DNA of 64,000 nucleotides from Escherichia phage vB_EcoM_LMP25, in sequence record MK482688.1; one strand, 5' to 3'. Below are positions 19,206-28,850 of this stretch, in pieces. Under the pieces are notes generated by a model. The model saw only the letters and a program-made list of their open reading frames with translations. It was not told the origin of the DNA and did no database searches. The position numbers and the translations under genes were made by a program. Position 1 is the first letter of the stretch. Each line of letters opens with the position of its first letter.

Positions 19206-20283
19206 AGATGGTTCCTTCAACGTCTGGTCATGTGTTGCTGTAGGTGACAAAGTTATCACAACCTATGGTAAAGAAAATGGCAAGATGATGTTTGAAGAGT
19301 ACACAGCAGAGCCTAAGAACATCGGTAAAAAGAATGAGCGTAATGCTGAACAGCAAGCTCTCTTTGAAGTTGCTGCTAAGTATAAAAAGCAAGTTGACCG
19401 TAAAGGGTATGCTTACACAAAAGAGTCTGCACAGAATACTGAGAAGGTAGGTGTACAGCTTGCTCATGATGCTGCAAAGGTTAGTCATGCAAAGTATCTG
19501 AAGTTCCCTGCTGATGCTCAACCAAAACTGGATGGTGTACGTTGTAGAATTTCAAGACACTTAAGTATTGGTAGTGTATTTACAGCATATTCTCGTGAGA
19601 ACACTATTTATAAAATTCCTACTGAGCTAATACCTGACATTATGGCAATGTTGAGGCTCCATAAAGACGTTGATGAATTTGATGGTGAAATCTATGCTCA
19701 TGGGTTGGACTTAGAAGATATTGTCTCCATGATTAAAAATGAAGACAATCCTGACCGACATCTACTCAAGTTTTACTGGTATGATATCTGTGACAGTACT
19801 AAGACGTGGCCTGAGCGTAGAGATATTATTGAGACTTCACCATTGAATGACTTCAGAGACGGCTGTAAAGTTGTTCCTGTTAAGTCTCGTCGTGTAAATT
19901 CTTGGGAAGAGTTTGATGAAGCCCATGATAAGTGGGTTGAAGCTCAGTTTGAAGGTGCAATGTACCGTTCAATCTCTGAAGACTCATTCTATGAGTGTTG
20001 TCACCGTTCATACTTCTTGATTAAGCACAAGAAGATGCACACTGAAGAGTTTAAAGTGACTGGTGTAAAGACTGATAAACGTGGTCATGGTAAGTTCGTT
20101 GTAGAGACTCTTCCTAACGTCTTTGTAGATGTTTCATGGAAAACTACACACGAGAAGAAACAGTATCTTGCTGAACATCCTGAAGAGTTTATCGGGAAAC
20201 CTTTAACTGTTCAGTTCCAGAAGATGACTCGTAAGGGTTCTTTACAGTTTCCTGTAGGGCTAGTTATTAGGGATTATGAGTAA
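19180..20283 (+). CDS. ATP-dependent DNA ligase
   Basis: Start placed at the ATG at 19180 (GAGG RBS). Contains the adenylation motif PKLDGVRC (KxDGxR). Confidence 0.8.
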   Translation: MTILYKQNKDGSFNVWSCVAVGDKVITTYGKENGKMMFEEYTAEPKNIGKKNERNAEQQALFEVAAKYKKQVDRKGYAYTKESAQNTEKVGVQLAHDAAKVSHAKYLKFPADAQPKLDGVRCRISRHLSIGSVFTAYSRENTIYKIPTELIPDIMAMLRLHKDVDEFDGEIYAHGLDLEDIVSMIKNEDNPDRHLLKFYWYDICDSTKTWPERRDIIETSPLNDFRDGCKVVPVKSRRVNSWEEFDEAHDKWVEAQFEGAMYRSISEDSFYECCHRSYFLIKHKKMHTEEFKVTGVKTDKRGHGKFVVETLPNVFVDVSWKTTHEKKQYLAEHPEEFIGKPLTVQFQKMTRKGSLQFPVGLVIRDYE

Positions 20284-20286
20284 ACT

Positions 20287-20433
20287 ATGTTCAGTACAGT
20301 CATTCTGTTTATACTGGTTGTCTTTGTATTATCATACATTGCAAGTAAGCTTTTGGACACATCTTTTGCAATGGGTGTTTTGTTCACAATCTTTTGTTTT
20401 GTAACACATATAGCTATCAGGACTTTTATATAA
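20287..20433 (+). CDS. Small membrane protein (hypothetical, 48 aa)
   Basis: Hand-translated MFSTVILFILVVFVLSYIASK...; preferred over the antisense 76-aa ORF 20274..20504 because of strand context. Confidence 0.25.
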   Translation: MFSTVILFILVVFVLSYIASKLLDTSFAMGVLFTIFCFVTHIAIRTFI

Positions 20434-20439
20434 AAAGTT

Positions 20440-20467
20440 GTTGACATAGAAAATTTGGTGAGTATAC
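20440..20467 (+). promoter_or_regulatory. Sigma70-like promoter TTGACA-N16-TATACT
   Basis: Consensus -35 and near-consensus -10 at the head of the repeat-containing leader. Confidence 0.5.
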
Positions 20468-20500
20468 TGAGCAGCATAAACCAACGGGTACTCACCAGCA

Positions 20501-20538
20501 TCACTTAAGAGTCTTCTAAGAGGGTTTTTAAGTGATGT
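20501..20538. repeat. Box A (38 bp, CACTTAAGAGTCTTCTAAGAGGGTTTTTAAGTGATGTG), copy 1
   Basis: Near-identical to 22037-22074 (two substitutions); a partial third copy lies at 20783-20816. Confidence 0.8.
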
Positions 20539-20544
20539 GTAGCT

Positions 20545-20612
20545 CGGTCAGGTATGGTGCGGTGGTGTAAGGTGGTGTCAGGTGTAGTATGGTGCGGTGA
20601 TGTGAGGTATGG
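20545..20612. repeat. GGTNN pentanucleotide-periodic tract 1
   Basis: ggtca|ggtat|ggtgc|ggtgg|tgtaa|ggtgg|tgtca|ggtgt|agtat|ggtgc|ggtga|tgtga|ggtat|gggta: GGT recurs every 5 nt for about 14 units. Confidence 0.8.
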
Positions 20613-20617
20613 GTAGT

Positions 20618-20643
20618 TAGTCTCAGCTACATTAAAATGAGAC
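20618..20643. repeat. Hairpin 1 (copy A): AGTCTCA-[GCTACATTAAAA]-TGAGACT
   Basis: Perfect 7-bp inverted repeat; loop shared with 22007-22032 while the stem sequence differs with compensating changes. Confidence 0.7.
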
Positions 20644-20650
20644 TTACCTT

Positions 20651-20684
20651 TTTAAAAGGTCTTTAAACAGGGTCTTTTAATAAG
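20651..20684. repeat. Box B (34 bp, TTAAAAGGTCTTTAAACAGGGTCTTTTAATAAGG), copy 1
   Basis: Near-identical copy at 21917-21950 (one substitution). Confidence 0.8.
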
Positions 20685-20749
20685 GTAGTGTCAGGTTAGG
20701 TTAGGTGCGTTTTGGTAGGGTAGGGTAAGGTTCGGTAAGGTATGGGTGG
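20685..20749. repeat. GGTNN pentanucleotide-periodic tract 2
   Basis: taggt|taggt|gcgtt|ttggt|agggt|agggt|aaggt|tcggt|aaggt|atggg: 5-nt periodicity of GGT. Confidence 0.8.
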
Positions 20750-20777
20750 ATGGTAGTAGCCACGTTAAAAATCTACC
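20750..20777. repeat. Hairpin 2 (copy A): TGGTAG-[TAGCCACGTTAAAAAT]-CTACCA
   Basis: 6-bp inverted repeat; the counterpart at 22133-22160 has TGGCAG/CTGCCA (compensatory T>C and A>G). Confidence 0.7.
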
Positions 20778-20835
20778 AAGTTTCTAAAGAGTCTTCTGTT
20801 GAGGGTTCTTTACAAACAACTTAACAATCAACTAA

Positions 20836-21441
<606 letters not shown>

Positions 21442-21443
21442 TT

Positions 21444-21884
21444 ATGAATACAAAAGCATTAGCAGCAAAGTTTAGTTACGGTGACACTGTATCACATTCT
21501 GAGATGGATACCTTCTTAGGTATTGTGAAGCCAACTTATCAAGGTGACATTGTTAAGTACGAAGATGAAATGAAGGCTTATGCACTTACACGACTAAACC
21601 GACTTGAGAAGTTTATTGAAAAGCTTCTTAAAGAAGAGAAGATTTATCTGGTTGCTTCAATGGGTGTTGGTTATCGTGTTGTTGAACCTAAGCATCAAGC
21701 AACTATTGCAAAACGTAAAATGTCTGGTAAGATTGGTCGAGCTTTAAAGCAAGCTACTCAAGCGATTGAGAATGTGAACACTATGGCACTTAGTCACCAA
21801 GAACGTTCACGACTGATTGAACAGCAAAATCACTTAGCTGCTATGAAAGCTAATATTAACAAGCAACGCAGAAAACCTTTCTAA
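21444..21884 (+). CDS. Hypothetical protein (second cassette gene; basic C-terminus)
   Basis: 146-aa ORF immediately after the previous gene; lysine/arginine-rich C-terminal helix. Confidence 0.45.
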   Translation: MNTKALAAKFSYGDTVSHSEMDTFLGIVKPTYQGDIVKYEDEMKAYALTRLNRLEKFIEKLLKEEKIYLVASMGVGYRVVEPKHQATIAKRKMSGKIGRALKQATQAIENVNTMALSHQERSRLIEQQNHLAAMKANINKQRRKPF

Positions 21885-21896
21885 GTTGACTAGGTA

Positions 21897-21917
21897 GCCT
21901 CTTCGGAGGCTCCTTTT
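21897..21917 (+). terminator. Intrinsic terminator GCCTC-TTCG-GAGGC followed by TCCTTTTT
   Basis: GC stem with TTCG tetraloop and T-run directly after the 21884 stop. Confidence 0.55.
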
Positions 21918-21950
21918 TAAAAGGTCTTTAAACAGGGTCTTTTAACAAGG
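21917..21950. repeat. Box B, copy 2
   Basis: TTAAAAGGTCTTTAAACAGGGTCTTTTAACAAGG. Confidence 0.8.
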
Positions 21951-22003
21951 CTTAGCTTGGTTAGGTATGGTAAGGTGGTGTTTGGTGTTGTAAGGTATGG
22001 GTA
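21951..22003. repeat. GGTNN pentanucleotide-periodic tract 3
   Basis: gttag|gtatg|gtaag|gtggt|gtttg|gtgtt|gtaag|gtatg. Confidence 0.75.
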
Positions 22004-22006
22004 GTT

Positions 22007-22032
22007 AATCGGAGCTACATAAAAATTCGATT
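22007..22032. repeat. Hairpin 1 (copy B): AATCGGA-[GCTACATAAAAA]-TTCGATT
   Basis: 7-bp stem with one G-T pair; loop conserved with 20618-20643. Confidence 0.7.
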
Positions 22033-22036
22033 ACAT

Positions 22037-22074
22037 CACTTAAGAGTCTTTTAAGAGGGTTTTTAAGTGAGGTG
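22037..22074. repeat. Box A, copy 2
   Basis: CACTTAAGAGTCTTTTAAGAGGGTTTTTAAGTGAGGTG. Confidence 0.8.
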
Positions 22075-22130
22075 TGGCACAGTAATGTTAGGTAGGGTCA
22101 GGTCAGGTCAGGTGAGGTAATGTATGGAAG
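22075..22130. repeat. GGTNN pentanucleotide-periodic tract 4
   Basis: aggta|gggtc|aggtc|aggtc|aggtg|aggta|atgta|tgg. Confidence 0.75.
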
Positions 22131-22132
22131 GA

Positions 22133-22160
22133 TGGCAGTAGCCTTATAAAAAATCTGCCA
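22133..22160. repeat. Hairpin 2 (copy B): TGGCAG-[TAGCCTTATAAAAAAT]-CTGCCA
   Basis: Compensatory stem changes relative to 20750-20777. Confidence 0.7.
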
Positions 22161-22163
22161 AAT

Positions 22164-22213
22164 AAGCTATAAAATCTGTTGACAAGTCAGGTGTTATAGC
22201 TTATTTTTATACT
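22164..22213 (+). promoter_or_regulatory. Putative promoter (TTGACA at 22179) embedded in a 9-bp inverted repeat AAGCTATAA...TTATAGCTT (operator-like)
   Basis: -35 consensus hexamer centred between perfect 9-bp inverted-repeat arms (22164-22172 / 22194-22202); -10 is ambiguous (TATTTT or TATACT). Confidence 0.4.
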
Positions 22214-22251
22214 CAATGTAATACAAAATTTAATATAACTTTGAGGTCATT

Positions 22252-22635
22252 ATGAAAAAGATTTTATTAGCTGCTGCAATGGTTATGGCAATGAATTTAC
22301 CAGTCAATGCAACAGAACTTCCAAATGTGGACTTATCAGGTGTTCCAGAAGACACTTGCCAGATTGTAAAAGGTGTTGCTCTAGCTAATGGTGAGTTACT
22401 TAAACCAATCTCTGAAGAGTCTTTGACAGAGATGACTGATAAGGTGACTGACTATCAATATCGCGTTCTTGCAGAGTATTTCCTGCAATCTGCAAATATT
22501 AAAGAGAAACACCATGATGATATTGATGTACAGGCGATGCTCAATCATCGTATCCAGTTTAAAGAAGATTTGATGCAAAAAGCTATGTACGGTGTTGAGT
22601 ATTTCTTAGAAAACAGAAGCTGCACAGGTATTTGA
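22252..22635 (+). CDS. Putative secreted/periplasmic protein
   Basis: N-terminal signal-peptide-like MKKILLAAAMVMAMNLPVNA. Confidence 0.45.
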   Translation: MKKILLAAAMVMAMNLPVNATELPNVDLSGVPEDTCQIVKGVALANGELLKPISEESLTEMTDKVTDYQYRVLAEYFLQSANIKEKHHDDIDVQAMLNHRIQFKEDLMQKAMYGVEYFLENRSCTGI

Positions 22636-22636
22636 T

Positions 22637-22849
22637 ATGGCTCTTAAAAAGTTACATCCCAGAAGCGGTTATGGTAAGATAATTGACGATACAGACGGCT
22701 TTACAGTCTTTACAGTTATCTGTCAAGATGATTCACAGATTGAAAAGGCTCTTGATGATTATCTTAACGATGAACGTGAAAAGGTTAGGGCTACAAACAT
22801 AGATTCATTGATTGACACTTCACGCAAACGGAAGAAGAAAGATGAATGA
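22637..22849 (+). CDS. Hypothetical protein
   Basis: 70-aa ORF. Confidence 0.35.
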   Translation: MALKKLHPRSGYGKIIDDTDGFTVFTVICQDDSQIEKALDDYLNDEREKVRATNIDSLIDTSRKRKKKDE

Positions 22850-23141
22850 AGCTTTTGACCCTTATGCTCCACAAGATGATTGGGAGGCTGATAGAGAGGC
22901 TGAAATGGAGAGTTATATTTGTCCAATGGATGTAGACGAAATGAGAGACTTCGTTGCACATCGTTTTAAGAGAGAGATTAAATCCAGAGGTCTTTCTCAA
23001 GAGCAAGTTGCTAAAATTTGTGGCATCTCTCAAGCTCGTGTATCCAACATAATCCACCTCACTGGTAATGTTTCCCTTGAGTATATGTTGGAAGTATGTG
23101 AAAAATTTGGTGTTAATTTTAATTTAAGGTTGGCAGATTAA
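22842..23141 (+). CDS. XRE-family helix-turn-helix transcriptional regulator
   Basis: Start at 22842 (overlaps the upstream stop). HTH: LSQEQVAKICGISQARVSNI. Confidence 0.5.
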   Translation: MNEAFDPYAPQDDWEADREAEMESYICPMDVDEMRDFVAHRFKREIKSRGLSQEQVAKICGISQARVSNIIHLTGNVSLEYMLEVCEKFGVNFNLRLAD

Positions 23142-23142
23142 T

Positions 23143-23502
23143 ATGAAACGTGAAAACATTATCCACTCTGAAAACTTCGCATTAGGCTTTTATGGTGTCC
23201 CTACTCACCTTGAAAAGTATTATGGTGTGAAGATTCTCTCCAATCTCATTATGGCTTACAAAGATGGTAAGATTAAGCATACTGAGAAGAAACGTGTCAT
23301 GGGCTATATGGCTGTTGGTTCAGCAATCTCGAACATTAAGTTGGAAACAACTAGCAGTCAGATTGTAAAAGACCACTTCATCAAAGAGCTTTACCAAAAT
23401 CTTGATGGTGTAGATGTTCAGGCTGTTTGGCTAGATGTTGATGGTCACAACTACACAAGTTTCGTTTTCAAAAACGATGACATTAAGTGTCTGTTCCCAT
23501 AA
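23143..23502 (+). CDS. Hypothetical protein
   Basis: 119-aa ORF. Confidence 0.4.
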   Translation: MKRENIIHSENFALGFYGVPTHLEKYYGVKILSNLIMAYKDGKIKHTEKKRVMGYMAVGSAISNIKLETTSSQIVKDHFIKELYQNLDGVDVQAVWLDVDGHNYTSFVFKNDDIKCLFP

Positions 23503-23515
23503 TAGGTGATTAACG

Positions 23516-24031
23516 ATGATTGATATCTACTTACAAGATGCTCATGCAGATTTCCTTAAAGAGATGCTTAAAAAGTTTATGGCTTCACAGTATGAGAATG
23601 AAGCATCTTTTAAAATAGTTACATGTGGTGACGAAGCTGGTTTTGTTGAGATTGAACATGAAGGTACTGGAAAGACTGTTTGTAAGCTACCTGATAGCAT
23701 GTTCTCTAAAACGTTCTTAACAAAGACTAGTATAAATGTTAAGCTTGTTCCTCAGATTGAAACATACTCTGGTACAGATTACCCTAAAGGCTTCAAGTCA
23801 CTGATGAAACACTTCTTAGATGACTTTGTGAGTAATCTTCTAAGTGAGGTAACAGAAAGCCGTACAATATTAACTGTAGAGAATATAGGGAACACTATCA
23901 GGGTTACTTCTGACCGATATTCTATGAGCCTCTTCGACTTTGTACCTAAGAACTTTGATGGTATTCTGGATGAAGAAGATGACTGTGTAGACTTTATATT
24001 GGTTCTTGAACCAGTTTTTGAGGTTAAATAG
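23516..24031 (+). CDS. Hypothetical protein
   Basis: 171-aa ORF. Confidence 0.4.
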   Translation: MIDIYLQDAHADFLKEMLKKFMASQYENEASFKIVTCGDEAGFVEIEHEGTGKTVCKLPDSMFSKTFLTKTSINVKLVPQIETYSGTDYPKGFKSLMKHFLDDFVSNLLSEVTESRTILTVENIGNTIRVTSDRYSMSLFDFVPKNFDGILDEEDDCVDFILVLEPVFEVK

Positions 24032-24292
24032 ATGAAAATTGAACACTGCTATGAGTCTGATGGAACACCTATCCGTTGTCCACATTGCGGGTGTACAGAC
24101 TTACAAGGTGAGGTAAGTGAAATAGTCAACGGTCATATTGCTGAAGAAAGTACCCGATGCACAGGGTGTAATGAAATTATCGCTTTCTGGGCTTATGGTT
24201 CATACCAACCATCTCCACATTTTATCTACCATCGTAGTAAAGTTGTGAAGAGTGTTATCAACTGGTTCATTAAGAAAGGATTTACAAAATGA
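24032..24292 (+). CDS. Small zinc-ribbon-like protein
   Basis: CPHCGC ... CTGC Cys pairs. Confidence 0.4.
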   Translation: MKIEHCYESDGTPIRCPHCGCTDLQGEVSEIVNGHIAEESTRCTGCNEIIAFWAYGSYQPSPHFIYHRSKVVKSVINWFIKKGFTK

Positions 24293-24834
24293 TTAAATTA
24301 ATCTTTGCAAGTGGTGAAAATGGTGAGTTTGGTACTCCAACTGGTATGCCGTGGCCTCGACATAAACAGGACATGCAAGAGTTTAAGAGACTCACTAAAA
24401 ACAACTTAGTAGTGATGGGTAATGAGACTTTCAAGACTCTGGGGAGTAAGCCTTTACCAGAACGCGCAAACCTCATCTTAACAAACTCTGTACCATACTT
24501 AGGCATAGACTTTGGCAAAGATGATGTAATGTATGCTAAGGCCAGCAAAGAATCCTTTGGAGCATTTTTGAAGTATCTTGATAGCTCTATTGATGAAGAT
24601 GTCTTTGTAATTGGTGGTGCAGGTGTTCTTGTCGATGCTTTGCCGTATGCTGGTGTGGTGTTCCATACAGTCTTCCATAAAGTTACTGAAGAGGCCACTG
24701 TGCATTTACCTTTTGAAAACTTCTTTGCGAAGCTGTATGATAACCGTGTATTTACAAAGGTACAGTCAAAACCATCAGAGGATGGTAAAGCAACTTTTGA
24801 AATTTATGTTCCACAAGTAAAAGGACACTTTTGA
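24289..24834 (+). CDS. folA: Dihydrofolate reductase
   Basis: MIKLIFA...GMPW...VVMGNETFKTLG...PLPERANLILTN follows the DHFR pattern; immediately upstream of thymidylate synthase. Confidence 0.75.
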   Translation: MIKLIFASGENGEFGTPTGMPWPRHKQDMQEFKRLTKNNLVVMGNETFKTLGSKPLPERANLILTNSVPYLGIDFGKDDVMYAKASKESFGAFLKYLDSSIDEDVFVIGGAGVLVDALPYAGVVFHTVFHKVTEEATVHLPFENFFAKLYDNRVFTKVQSKPSEDGKATFEIYVPQVKGHF

Positions 24835-24835
24835 T

Positions 24836-25735
24836 ATGTCACAAGCAGATTCAAGTTACAAAAATATCCTGAACCATGTTTTATCCGTTGGTGAACTGCG
24901 TACTACACGAACTGGAGATGTTATCTCTGCATTTGCTCCACCTCAGTTTCGTTTTGATATGCGAACTGGTTTCCCGCTCTTAACATCTAAACAGGTGTTT
25001 ACACGGCAAGTCATTGGGGAAGCTTTATGGTTCCTGAATGGTGAGAATAAACTTGGTGAACTCCGTTATCGCACTTGGGGTGAAAATGATGGAGAACGCT
25101 GGACTATCTGGTCAGATGATTTTAAACGCTGGTTAAGCTCTAATTATTCCTCTGAACAAGACTGGTTAGAAGATGCAGGTGGTAGAATCTACGGGGTTCA
25201 GTGGAGAAACTTTGAAGGTCATAATGGTTGTGTTGTAGACCAGTTAGAAACCTTAGTAACGAAGATGAAAGGTGATATCACAGACCGTTACATGCTTGTT
25301 AATGCTTGGAATGCAGCAGATATTGCAGCAAACTCAATGGCTTTAGCACCTTGTCATGTTCTGTTTCAGATTTATATCACCAACGAAGGTGAAGTTGACT
25401 TGCAATGGTATCAACGTTCTGTAGACACCTTTTTAGGACTTCCGTTTAATATTGCATCTTATGGTTTTATTCTGGAAGTTCTTTGTAAGATGACTGGATA
25501 CACTCCACGGTACTTGATAGGTGTCTTTGGAGATACTCAGATTTATCAGAATCATATGAAGCAGGTTTATGAACTGATGAACAATGAAGAGTTCCATGCA
25601 CCAACTTTTGAGATTGGTATCCCACTTAACACTTTAAGTGACCTAAAACATCTCACTGCAAGTGACTTTATCGGTGGAATTAACAACTACCAACATGCAG
25701 GAAAGATTGAAGCGCCTTTGTCAGTAGGTAAGTAA
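24836..25735 (+). CDS. thyA: Thymidylate synthase
   Basis: Active-site LAPCHVLFQ, and QRSVDTFLGLPFNIASY; 299 aa. Confidence 0.85.
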   Translation: MSQADSSYKNILNHVLSVGELRTTRTGDVISAFAPPQFRFDMRTGFPLLTSKQVFTRQVIGEALWFLNGENKLGELRYRTWGENDGERWTIWSDDFKRWLSSNYSSEQDWLEDAGGRIYGVQWRNFEGHNGCVVDQLETLVTKMKGDITDRYMLVNAWNAADIAANSMALAPCHVLFQIYITNEGEVDLQWYQRSVDTFLGLPFNIASYGFILEVLCKMTGYTPRYLIGVFGDTQIYQNHMKQVYELMNNEEFHAPTFEIGIPLNTLSDLKHLTASDFIGGINNYQHAGKIEAPLSVGK

Positions 25736-25740
25736 AAAAC

Positions 25741-25772
25741 AAAAAAGGCTCCCGTCAAAAGGAGCCTTAAAA
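25741..25772. terminator. Bidirectional terminator hairpin (GGCTCC...GGAGCC) between convergent genes
   Basis: Stem flanked by A-run and T-run; lies between the thymidylate synthase stop and the 25775 stop. Confidence 0.5.
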
Positions 25773-25774
25773 TT

Positions 25775-26146
25775 TTATTTTTCAGTATTCTTTGTGTTCT
25801 TCTCAGTAATAGCTTGGAGGGCTGATACTGATTGAGCCAGATTATTTACACTGTCAGAGAATTTATCAAGAGTTTTGGTAAGTTTTGCGTTTTCGCCCTT
25901 AACATTCTCTAACTGAACTTTCTGGTTCTCCATCCCTAGCTGAATCAATCTCATGTCAGACTGTAAATCACGAATAGCTGAATAGTTACTTTTGGAATAA
26001 TTATCTAGCTGCTGTAACTTTGTTGTGACAGACACTTCTTGTTTACCACTTGAAACTTGCATGGTGGTATACATCCCAATAACACTAAAAATACCAACTA
26101 CAATTGCACCAATATTATTTTTAAAAGCTTCCTCTAGCCACTTCAT
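25775..26146 (-). CDS. Hypothetical membrane-anchored coiled-coil protein
   Basis: N-terminal transmembrane segment, then a long Q/N/K-rich helix. Confidence 0.4.
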   Translation of the reverse strand: MKWLEEAFKNNIGAIVVGIFSVIGMYTTMQVSSGKQEVSVTTKLQQLDNYSKSNYSAIRDLQSDMRLIQLGMENQKVQLENVKGENAKLTKTLDKFSDSVNNLAQSVSALQAITEKNTKNTEK

Positions 26147-26340
26147 TTATTCTCCCCCTTAAAAGCTTTTTCTAAGTTATCTACGAACTCATCATCAATA
26201 GGTGTGTCTGTTTTACTCGCAAGGTATCTTGCAAGCCTAAAGAACACTTTCTCAATCATGTATTCACTTAGAAGGGATAAAATGAGTTTCCAGAAGAAGC
26301 TACCTAGATTTTTTAGAAGAATTGCTAGGATTGTAGGCAT
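26143..26340 (-). CDS. Small membrane protein (hypothetical)
   Basis: 65 aa with a hydrophobic N-terminus. Confidence 0.35.
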   Translation of the reverse strand: MPTILAILLKNLGSFFWKLILSLLSEYMIEKVFFRLARYLASKTDTPIDDEFVDNLEKAFKGENK

Positions 26341-26383
26341 TTAATCACCTCATCAGCCAAGATGGTGAGAATACCCATAAAGA

Positions 26384-26412
26384 ATATTAACACCATCTTA
26401 ACAATCAGTCAA
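26384..26412 (-). promoter_or_regulatory. Sigma70-like promoter TTGACT-N17-TAATAT on the minus strand
   Basis: Just downstream of the tail-fibre stop, upstream of the two small membrane-protein genes. Confidence 0.45.
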
Positions 26413-26419
26413 CAAGGGA

Positions 26420-28804
26420 TTAAGCAGTTCTCACCCAAGCCATTAACTTGTAGAACTGGTTAGTAACACTAAATGCTGAACCAGAACCTGTACTACCAGT
26501 GTTACCACTGACTGTGTGGCTGTGAGCACCAATACCTACAGAGTGGGAATGGTCACCAGCACCGCTTGTAGTACCAGACCATGTGTGTGTATGGTTACCA
26601 GTTGTGTTAGTGTTAGGGAACTTGTTATCAGTTCTGTCAAGCCAGTCAAGAGTTCTTGTCTTGTTGTTACCAATAGTGGTATAACCGTACTGAGCATCAC
26701 CACCATTAACCAATAGTAGACCTAAGTGGTGAGCGTGGTTACCAGCAGCACTTGTTGTACCACTTACAGAGTGAGTATGACCACCAGTACTATTAGTGCC
26801 CTTCGTACCATAATCAAAAGATGAAGTGGTGGCAGAGAAACTGTGAGTGTGCGATGGTAAGTTACCAACAGCTAAAGTTACAGAGTCTGAACCACCAGTT
26901 GTAGCAACATCTGAACCGTTTGCTGCTGCGATTCTGATAGTTCTACCAACACCATTGTTCAGGTACGTCCAAGTTAACCCAGGCAACGCTGTGTTAGGGT
27001 TAACATTACTGTTAAACCATGTTACAATACCAACTGGGTAGATTTTATTAAGGTCTGTAGAGTCACTAATTGCTTCTGCAATTTTCTGGTCAGTTTCAGC
27101 TTTAGTGTATGCACCAATCTCTGAAGGGTTTGGTCTCTGAGCTTCAGTGTAAACCTTAGACCATTCAGCCTCAAAACCCTGCCTATCTCTAGCTGTTCTA
27201 TACCATAAACCACTATTCCTGTAATCAAACCTTAATTGTGCAGTTGGTGTTGATGCTAACGTATTAGCGAATAGGTGTAAGACTAAACGGCTTGAACCAC
27301 CACCCTTGATAGTCTCTACATAAATTCCTGAAGGTTGGTTCCAAGCCACACCACCATCAGACTCCTCCACTAAAGCTCTGGATGCTGGCCATAAGTACTT
27401 TGCATCGGTTGCAGATTTAACGTAGTATCTATCATCTAAGTTAGACCAATCAGATGGTTGTACCTGACCAGTGATTCTAACAGTTTTATTCAGTAAGAAA
27501 TCACTCCCCATGTAAATGGTGGTAGCAGTCCTGTCATTGTGAATAATGAGTCTGGTCGGGTCTGCTGTTTCTCCATTCCCAATATACCACCTTCTCACAT
27601 CGTCAGCATTATGGGCAGAGAGATACACCTCTTTATCCTGAATAGTATTCCTTAGTTGCAATAATGGGCCATTCTGTTTAATAACCTGTGCAGACCTGAA
27701 AGTGTTTACATCACTTAGCTTAGCAAGATTACTCAAAGTTCCTGCTGGAATATATCTAGAGTCGATGTTAGTCCAATCAGAAGGTTGAACTTGACCAGTG
27801 ATTTGGACTGTTCTGCTCATGGCAATGGTGTTACCTAGTGAGATTTGTGTATTTGCTAAGTAGTTATAGATGTTTACAGTGTTTTCATCGGTATCATTAC
27901 CAATATACCACTTACAAGTTCCATCTGATTTTTTTGCTTGGATATACAAAGCAGCAGTTGTATCTACATTTTGCAGAGTGATAGCATTAGCATTCTTCTT
28001 AACAACAAAGTTAGTGAAAATATTAGAGCCACTAAAAGTATTATCACCAGCCAACTGTGCAAATTTCTGATTAGCCACTGTCTGAGTAAAATATCTAGCA
28101 TCTAAGTTAGAGAAGTCAGAAGGTTGAACTTGACCCATAACTCTTAGTGTCTTGTTAAACGATGCTGTTGCATCAAGTGTCAACATTGAACCGGTGGCAT
28201 GATTGTACAAATAAACATTAGTATTATTTGCATTTCCTTGCCCAACATACCAAGTTTGCTGGTTATTAGCATCCCTACCTTGAATATATGAAGCACCTGC
28301 ATTGGTTGCTTTCTTAAGGGTTAACTGCTCACCATCAGTTACAATTGCTTGCCTAATGCTGAAGTTATTTGTAACAGCAAGCCTTGCATATCTTGCATCA
28401 TTCTCTTCATTAGTTCTCATCCCAAGTTCATTAGGACTTGGTTTATTCAGAGTATGGTAAACAGTTGCTGACCTTGAAGCATCTGCAATAGTTAGTTTAA
28501 GACCATTTGCGTTAATTTTAAAAGTCTTTAAAACATCCCCAATAGTAATCTCAGAAGAGCCTGTCGGGTTAAATACTACCTTACCACCATAAAGTAACTT
28601 AATAATCCCTAAGTCACCAGTCATAGTGCTACCAGCAATCTGAACAAATCTTTCAAGTTTAAAAGATGCTAAGAAGTCTTGATAGGTCATTCGACGGTCT
28701 TCATCACCCAGCATTTCAGGTCTCTTTTTAACTCTGACATGAAGAAGGTCATCTGAACGGATTGTGTCGATTGAGTTTAATTCACTCAATTTGTAATCTG
28801 CCAT
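26420..28804 (-). CDS. Tail fibre protein (long; receptor-binding; HxH-rich C-terminal tip)
   Basis: 794 aa; three internal ~110-aa repeats containing (R/Q)(I/V)(T/M)GQVQPSD(W/F)(S/T)N(L/I)D.RY; C-terminal HTHS / GNHTHT / GDHSHS / GAHSHT repeats like T4 gp37 metal-binding tips. Confidence 0.7.
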   Translation of the reverse strand: MADYKLSELNSIDTIRSDDLLHVRVKKRPEMLGDEDRRMTYQDFLASFKLERFVQIAGSTMTGDLGIIKLLYGGKVVFNPTGSSEITIGDVLKTFKINANGLKLTIADASRSATVYHTLNKPSPNELGMRTNEENDARYARLAVTNNFSIRQAIVTDGEQLTLKKATNAGASYIQGRDANNQQTWYVGQGNANNTNVYLYNHATGSMLTLDATASFNKTLRVMGQVQPSDFSNLDARYFTQTVANQKFAQLAGDNTFSGSNIFTNFVVKKNANAITLQNVDTTAALYIQAKKSDGTCKWYIGNDTDENTVNIYNYLANTQISLGNTIAMSRTVQITGQVQPSDWTNIDSRYIPAGTLSNLAKLSDVNTFRSAQVIKQNGPLLQLRNTIQDKEVYLSAHNADDVRRWYIGNGETADPTRLIIHNDRTATTIYMGSDFLLNKTVRITGQVQPSDWSNLDDRYYVKSATDAKYLWPASRALVEESDGGVAWNQPSGIYVETIKGGGSSRLVLHLFANTLASTPTAQLRFDYRNSGLWYRTARDRQGFEAEWSKVYTEAQRPNPSEIGAYTKAETDQKIAEAISDSTDLNKIYPVGIVTWFNSNVNPNTALPGLTWTYLNNGVGRTIRIAAANGSDVATTGGSDSVTLAVGNLPSHTHSFSATTSSFDYGTKGTNSTGGHTHSVSGTTSAAGNHAHHLGLLLVNGGDAQYGYTTIGNNKTRTLDWLDRTDNKFPNTNTTGNHTHTWSGTTSGAGDHSHSVGIGAHSHTVSGNTGSTGSGSAFSVTNQFYKLMAWVRTA

Positions 28805-28850
28805 TATATATTATCCTCTCAAAAGGGGCTATAAAGCCCCTGTAAAGAAA

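Noticed and set aside
20274-20504. 76-aa minus-strand ORF at the ligase/cassette junction
   Set aside because: Antisense to the promoter and to a better-placed 48-aa plus-strand membrane ORF; all neighbouring genes are plus-strand.
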